Shown one piece after another: positions 59,652 through 64,000 of a DNA stretch of 64,000 nucleotides. Position numbers and translations under genes: made by a program. Within the stretch, counting starts at the first letter, position 1. Each line of letters starts with the position of its first letter. This stretch comes from a virus (taxonomy: Duplodnaviria; Caudoviricetes): IMG/VR virus record IMGVR_UViG_3300049740_002155; one strand, 5' to 3'. The notes beneath the pieces are model-generated. The model was given only the letters and a program-made list of their open reading frames with translations, had not been told where the DNA came from and searched no databases.

Positions 59652-59658
59652 TATTTAT
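59651..59658 (+). promoter_or_regulatory. ATATTTAT motif 4 nt before micro-ORF 59663
   Basis: Same geometry as at 8517, 20798 and 26978. Confidence 0.55.
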
Positions 59659-59662
59659 AGAA

Positions 59663-59764
59663 ATGGAAACTTTGAAAAAAATATTATGTAAAATAAAATG
59701 TTTTTTTAGTCCTTGTTGTGATGATGAGAAAAAGTGCGATTGCAAGTGTCATAACAAAAACTAA
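59663..59764 (+). CDS. 33-aa Cys-rich microprotein (not in ORF track)
   Basis: Hand translation METLKKILCKIKCFFSPCCDDEKKCDCKCHNKN*; fills an intergenic gap and is preceded by the motif. Confidence 0.55.
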   Translation: METLKKILCKIKCFFSPCCDDEKKCDCKCHNKN

Positions 59765-59825
59765 TTTAATTACTTTACATCAATAATCATTTGTGGTATA
59801 TTTCTTCTATTAAAGGAGAAATAAT

Positions 59826-60140
59826 ATGAAATACATTATATTCATGGTAACATTACTTGTGTCTTCGTGTGGGATCAAAGAAAAATTAGTAAATTGGAAT
59901 AACTCAGACGCACTTGGAGTACCAAAGCAAAATACATCACTTGATAAAAGTGACCATACATCTGTAGACGGAATGCATACTTTAGACAATCAAAAAATAA
60001 TTGAAACTACATATACAGAACAATCAACTGATGTTGATGATGAAACTAATTATTATTTTTATTTGATTCCGTTTGTTATTTTGAGTATACTTGCGTTTTT
60101 AGTATTTCGTTTAAAAAAACAAAATATGAATTCATTATAA
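59826..60140 (+). CDS. Lipoprotein with C-terminal transmembrane helix
   Basis: MKYIIFMVTLLVSSC lipobox; YFYLIPFVILSILAFLVF followed by RLKK; AAGGAG SD. Confidence 0.65.
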   Translation: MKYIIFMVTLLVSSCGIKEKLVNWNNSDALGVPKQNTSLDKSDHTSVDGMHTLDNQKIIETTYTEQSTDVDDETNYYFYLIPFVILSILAFLVFRLKKQNMNSL

Positions 60141-60175
60141 ACTTTATTTGAAATTAAATCGTTATATATATTGAT

Positions 60176-61183
60176 ATGAAAACTGGAAAATTACTAGGTA
60201 AAGAAACAGAGGGAGTAAATCAAATACTTCCTCATAAACATAAATGGGCGTGGGATCTGTATGAACAGGGTGTGAAAAATAACTGGGTTCCTACTGATGT
60301 ACCGATGACAAAAGATGTGCAGAATTGGAAATCTGCTCCTGAAGCATCTTTGAGTGAAGATGAACGATTGGTGATCAAGAGATGTCTTGGTTTCTTTGCA
60401 GGTAGTGAAAGTTTGGTAGCAAATAATTTGATGACATTATCAAAGTACATTACTGATCCTGAGTGCCGTCAATATATGGCAAGGCAGATGTATGAAGAGT
60501 GTTTACACAATCATACTGTAGTTTACATTTGCGATAGTCTCGATTTAGATATTGGTGAGGTATACGAAGCATATCAAACCGTGCCTTCTATTAAAGCAAA
60601 AGATGATTTTCTTATGAAGGTAACTGGTGGACTCAATGATGCTGAAATTGATACATCAACAAAACAAGGACGAAGAGAATTATACAAGGCCGCATTTACA
60701 TATTGGGTTGTGTGCGAAGGAACATTCTTTTTCAGTGGATTTGCAATGCTTCTTGCTTTGAGTGATAAAATACCTGGAATTGCGGAACAGATTCAATATA
60801 CACTTCGTGATGAAAGTATTCATATTAAGTTTGGAACAACTCTTCTTAATAAACTAAGAGAGCAATATACAGATATAATGGATCAATCATTTGAGCAAGA
60901 ATTGACTGATGTGTTAAAACAAGCAGTTGAACTTGAAATTCAATATGCACAGGATGTGCTTCCACGTGGGATTCTTGGTTTGAACTCAAGTATGTTCGTT
61001 GAGTATATGCAGTTTATTGCTAATCGTAGATTGGAAAATCTGAATATGAATTTCAGATACGACAGTGACAATAATCCGTTTCCCTGGTTAAGTGAGGTTA
61101 TTGATATTCGCAAACAAAAGAACTTTTTTGAAACTAGAGTCATTGATTATCAGGATGAATCTGCATTAGTTGACGATTTTTGA
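60176..61183 (+). CDS. nrdB: Ribonucleotide reductase class Ia beta subunit
   Basis: NNWVP, QMYEECLH, CEGTFFFSGF, RDESIH, NFFETRV. Confidence 0.95.
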   Translation: MKTGKLLGKETEGVNQILPHKHKWAWDLYEQGVKNNWVPTDVPMTKDVQNWKSAPEASLSEDERLVIKRCLGFFAGSESLVANNLMTLSKYITDPECRQYMARQMYEECLHNHTVVYICDSLDLDIGEVYEAYQTVPSIKAKDDFLMKVTGGLNDAEIDTSTKQGRRELYKAAFTYWVVCEGTFFFSGFAMLLALSDKIPGIAEQIQYTLRDESIHIKFGTTLLNKLREQYTDIMDQSFEQELTDVLKQAVELEIQYAQDVLPRGILGLNSSMFVEYMQFIANRRLENLNMNFRYDSDNNPFPWLSEVIDIRKQKNFFETRVIDYQDESALVDDF

Positions 61184-61199
61184 TAATAGACACATATAT

Positions 61200-61418
61200 A
61201 TGTATGTGGACTACGATAAAGAATTATACGAAAAAAGTTTATATTATCGTCATGTAGTAGACGAACATAAAGAGATATATGTTCATAAATGGCTTGAATC
61301 TGAAAAAGAAGGTCAAGACATTGGAGTTGATAAAGCAAGACGTTCGTGGATCATAAATCATAAGAATCAATGGCATTCTTATTGGATTAAACAAAATTTA
61401 GATAATTTAGAAAAATAA
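61200..61418 (+). CDS. Small protein resembling DUF4032-like HKWxESEKxGxDIG proteins
   Basis: SLYYRHVVDEHKEIYVHKWLESEKEGQDIGVDKARRSWI; ATG 61200 preferred over 61170. Confidence 0.6.
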   Translation: MYVDYDKELYEKSLYYRHVVDEHKEIYVHKWLESEKEGQDIGVDKARRSWIINHKNQWHSYWIKQNLDNLEK

Positions 61419-61433
61419 AATAAAATAGTTTTT

Positions 61434-61441
61434 ATATTTAT
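61434..61441 (+). promoter_or_regulatory. ATATTTAT motif 5 nt before ATG 61447
   Basis: Intergenic; no SD. Confidence 0.55.
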
Positions 61442-61446
61442 TTTAT

Positions 61447-61848
61447 ATGGATCAAACGGAAAAAATAACAGAACCTTCAGACGAAAAAAGGTTTCTAAAG
61501 TTTTTACCTACAAATCCTTTGAAACATTTAAAACTGCTTATAGTTGTTTTATTGCATTGGGCAGTTGTGATTGGTAATTTTTGTGCATTCTTTATTTTAG
61601 CATTTCAAGGATTTACTCCCTATGGATTTCCGTGGTATGTATGTTTGCCATTATGTTCTTTTATTGCTTTAATTTCATTTTCGAGAGTTCTGGATTGCCC
61701 AATGACTCGGTATGAAAATAAAATGAGAGTGAAACTTGGAAAACCAACAATCAAAGGATTCATAGGTCATTATTTTCTGAAACCGTATGTTCGTAGAAAA
61801 GTGAGAAAAGCAAGAGAGAAACGAGAAGCATCGGGAAAAACAAAATGA
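61447..61848 (+). CDS. DUF2784-like membrane protein
   Basis: Two TM segments (with HW), then CPMTRYENKMR...GFIGHY. Confidence 0.65.
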   Translation: MDQTEKITEPSDEKRFLKFLPTNPLKHLKLLIVVLLHWAVVIGNFCAFFILAFQGFTPYGFPWYVCLPLCSFIALISFSRVLDCPMTRYENKMRVKLGKPTIKGFIGHYFLKPYVRRKVRKAREKREASGKTK

Positions 61849-62924
61849 ATATTAAATTTAAAGAAGCATTTGAGTTTGCGAAGTGGGTATTTGAAAAAAA
61901 TGGTGTACCTGTAAAATACTCAAATATTTGTGCAGATGTATTGTTAAGTGGAGATGAATTGGGTTTCACTACCCACGGACTGAGTAGACTTGGTTATTAC
62001 ATAAAAAGAATTAAAGATAACGTAATTGACGTAAATGCAACACCAGAAATAGTTCGTGACAATAAATCTTGTGTTACTATTGATGGTCATAATGCGTTGG
62101 GTCAAATTGTCGGTAAGTATGCAATGAACCAAGCAATTGCAAAAACACAGCAACATGGAATTAGTTGTGTTGCAGTAAAAAATTCTTCTCACTATGGAAT
62201 TGCGAGTTATTATTCAAGATATGCAACTACGCAAAATTTAGTAGGAATGAGTTTTACGAATGCTCGTCCCGCAGTTGCCCCATATGGTGGATGTGAACCT
62301 AAAATGGGAACAAATCCTTATGCAGTTGCATTTCCATCAGATATGAAATTTCCGTTTAGCATAGATTGTGCTACATCTTCTTATCAACGAGGTGATTTGG
62401 AAGTGATGGCACGGAAAAATCCAAATAGTTATGTTCCTAATTGTGCAATTGTATCTGATAATCAAAATCTTACATTTGAACGTTCTCTTAGGTGGTTAAA
62501 GAAAGGTATAGCCGCATTAACACCAATCGGTGGACACAAGGGTTCTGGATTATCAATTGCGATTGAATTAATGTGTTCTGCTTTTCAAAGTGGTGCCTGT
62601 ATGAGTCAATTAAGTGGTTTATACGAAGGTGATACACAGAATCCTAATTATGACATTGGACATTTCTTTATTTGTATTGACCCTGAAAACTTTACAGACA
62701 TTGATACTTTCAAGAAAAATGTTGGGGATGTAATGCGTGAAATCAAAGCAAGCAAAACTGCTAAAGATACAAATGAAATTTTAGTGCCAGGTGAATTGGA
62801 GTATAATACTTCATTGAAAGTTCACAAAAACGGAATAGAAGTATCTGATGAGTTGCTTGTGGAACTAAATACTCTTGAATTTTCTAAATGGCAAAAGACA
62901 AACACAACAAAAAATTCGAAATAG
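61845..62924 (+). CDS. Ldh_2 family NAD(P)-dependent oxidoreductase (malate/L-sulfolactate/ureidoglycolate dehydrogenase-like)
   Basis: GFTTHGLSRL, IDGHNALGQ, NSSHYG, GTNPYAVAFP, DCATS, GGHKGSGL, VPGELE. Confidence 0.9.
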   Translation: MNIKFKEAFEFAKWVFEKNGVPVKYSNICADVLLSGDELGFTTHGLSRLGYYIKRIKDNVIDVNATPEIVRDNKSCVTIDGHNALGQIVGKYAMNQAIAKTQQHGISCVAVKNSSHYGIASYYSRYATTQNLVGMSFTNARPAVAPYGGCEPKMGTNPYAVAFPSDMKFPFSIDCATSSYQRGDLEVMARKNPNSYVPNCAIVSDNQNLTFERSLRWLKKGIAALTPIGGHKGSGLSIAIELMCSAFQSGACMSQLSGLYEGDTQNPNYDIGHFFICIDPENFTDIDTFKKNVGDVMREIKASKTAKDTNEILVPGELEYNTSLKVHKNGIEVSDELLVELNTLEFSKWQKTNTTKNSK

Positions 62925-63136
62925 CAATAGCAGTATTGGGAATGATGGGAGGTGCAATTCTTCCTTTTCCTGATTTAATCGGTTGGGGATTTGTTGTATT
63001 TACGATTGTAAATTTATTGAGTATGATATTTTTTATTCGTCAAAAAATGTATTGGTTATGTGCATTATCCTTTTATTTTGTTGTGGTAGACGCAATTGGT
63101 GTTTGGATAAATTTAATCGATAAACATTTCTTATAA
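62888..63136 (+). CDS. Small membrane protein
   Basis: 82 aa, mostly hydrophobic, three predicted TM segments. Confidence 0.6.
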   Translation: MAKDKHNKKFEIAIAVLGMMGGAILPFPDLIGWGFVVFTIVNLLSMIFFIRQKMYWLCALSFYFVVVDAIGVWINLIDKHFL

Positions 63137-63218
63137 AAATCATTGAACCAAATGTATATTTTATTCGTTATATTGTTGACGGTATGTGTAAAACTATGAT
63201 ATATATAAAGAAACGGTT

Positions 63219-64000
63219 ATGAATAAAAATATATATCTTGTAGAAGGTACACGAACTCCATTTTGTAAGATGGGTTCGGATTTCGCAAACACATCTGCAT
63301 CTGAGTTGGGAGTCTCTGCAACAAAGGCATTATTTGCGAAGATGGATTTAGATCCAAGTTTAATTGATGAAAGTGTAATGGGATGTGTTTGTCAACCGGC
63401 AGATACTGCAAACATTACACGTGTAATAGCATTGAAAGCAGGAGTACCAAAAAAAGTTCCTGCTTATACGGTACATCGTAATTGTGCAAGTGGATTTGAA
63501 TCTATTACACAAGCATTTGATAAAATCAATGCAGGTAGAGGAAGTGTGTATTTAAGTGGTGGAACAGAGAATATGACTCAAGCACCTTTTTTGTATCGCA
63601 AAAGTGCAGTTGATAAATTTACTCAACTTAGTAAATGCAGAACATTTCGTGATCGTCTTCATACGATTTTAAGTTTCCGTCCGAAAGACTTTGCACCCAT
63701 TGTAAGTTTACGATTGGGTTTGAGTGATATTACTGTTGGAATGAACATGGGTGAAACTGCCGAACTTATAGGTCGTGAAAACAAAGTAACTCGTTATCAC
63801 CAAGATACATTTGCACTAGAATCACATTTAAAAGCACACGTTGCTCAAGAAAAATTAGCACAAGAAATATCTCCTTTTTATTTTGCAGATGGAAAATTTG
63901 TGAATGTTGATAATGGAGTTCGTGGTGAGCAAAGTATGGGTGCTTTGGAAAAATTGCGACCGGTGTTTGATAAACAAGGAACCGTAACTGCCGGTAATGC
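63219..64000 (+). CDS. Thiolase (acetyl-CoA C-acyltransferase), 3'-partial; not in ORF track
   Basis: Hand translation is open to the window end: GTRTPF, HRNCASG (catalytic Cys at 63483), GGTENMTQAP, MGETAE, LRPVF...GTVTAGNA. Confidence 0.93.
   Translation, partial: MNKNIYLVEGTRTPFCKMGSDFANTSASELGVSATKALFAKMDLDPSLIDESVMGCVCQPADTANITRVIALKAGVPKKVPAYTVHRNCASGFESITQAFDKINAGRGSVYLSGGTENMTQAPFLYRKSAVDKFTQLSKCRTFRDRLHTILSFRPKDFAPIVSLRLGLSDITVGMNMGETAELIGRENKVTRYHQDTFALESHLKAHVAQEKLAQEISPFYFADGKFVNVDNGVRGEQSMGALEKLRPVFDKQGTVTAGN

Noticed and set aside
368-63411. All minus-strand and nested alternative-frame ORFs in the track (e.g. 881-1219, 18087-18500, 32787-33602, 34653-35501)
   Set aside because: They lie antisense to or inside well-supported + strand genes and are shadows of biased or repetitive coding (Ser-rich opposite acidic tracts); no starts, SDs or motifs support them
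1-64000. Stop-codon reassignment, as reported in some large phages
   Set aside because: Core genes are full length under the standard code, and TAA, TAG (e.g. 7780-7782) and TGA all end genes at plausible boundaries
1-64000. tRNA, rRNA or structured ncRNA genes
   Set aside because: Intergenic gaps are short (the largest, 17678-17892, is explained by a terminator and promoter), and no cloverleaf or T-loop GTTCGA context was recognised

Overview
AT-rich, gene-dense 64-kb segment of a large T4-like (myovirus-type) bacteriophage genome. Every credible gene is on the + strand and reads in the standard genetic code. Order: the end of a gp46/SbcC recombination ATPase; head-associated ORFs including a P-loop kinase and a nucleotidyltransferase/ligase-like fusion; terminase, portal, prohead protease, acidic scaffold and major capsid; neck, sheath and tube; a tail-chaperone pair joined by a probable +1 frameshift; a 2107-aa tape measure; baseplate genes; a compact family-A DNA polymerase; a complete host-type PrkA-YeaH/YhbH-SpoVR operon plus a DNA methyltransferase; ssb, UvsX/RecA, RNase H/flap nuclease and DnaB-like helicase; nrdA and nrdB separated by a secreted protease, lipoproteins and a Cys-rich micro-ORF; and the auxiliary metabolic genes Ldh_2-family oxidoreductase and thiolase (truncated at the window end, absent from the ORF track). 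Most notable: (1) the intact phage-borne PrkA/YeaH/SpoVR module; (2) a recurring intergenic ATATTTAT motif, whose TATTTAT core is the reverse complement of the T4 late-promoter core, that appears to drive both leaderless and Shine-Dalgarno-led transcripts; (3) the frameshift on a U7 run; (4) head-region enzymes whose domains begin right after (I/L)xE prohead-protease-type sites, suggesting packaged polyproteins. All family assignments come from motif recognition by eye; no searches were run. Host hints (Verrucomicrobia/PVC) are inference only.
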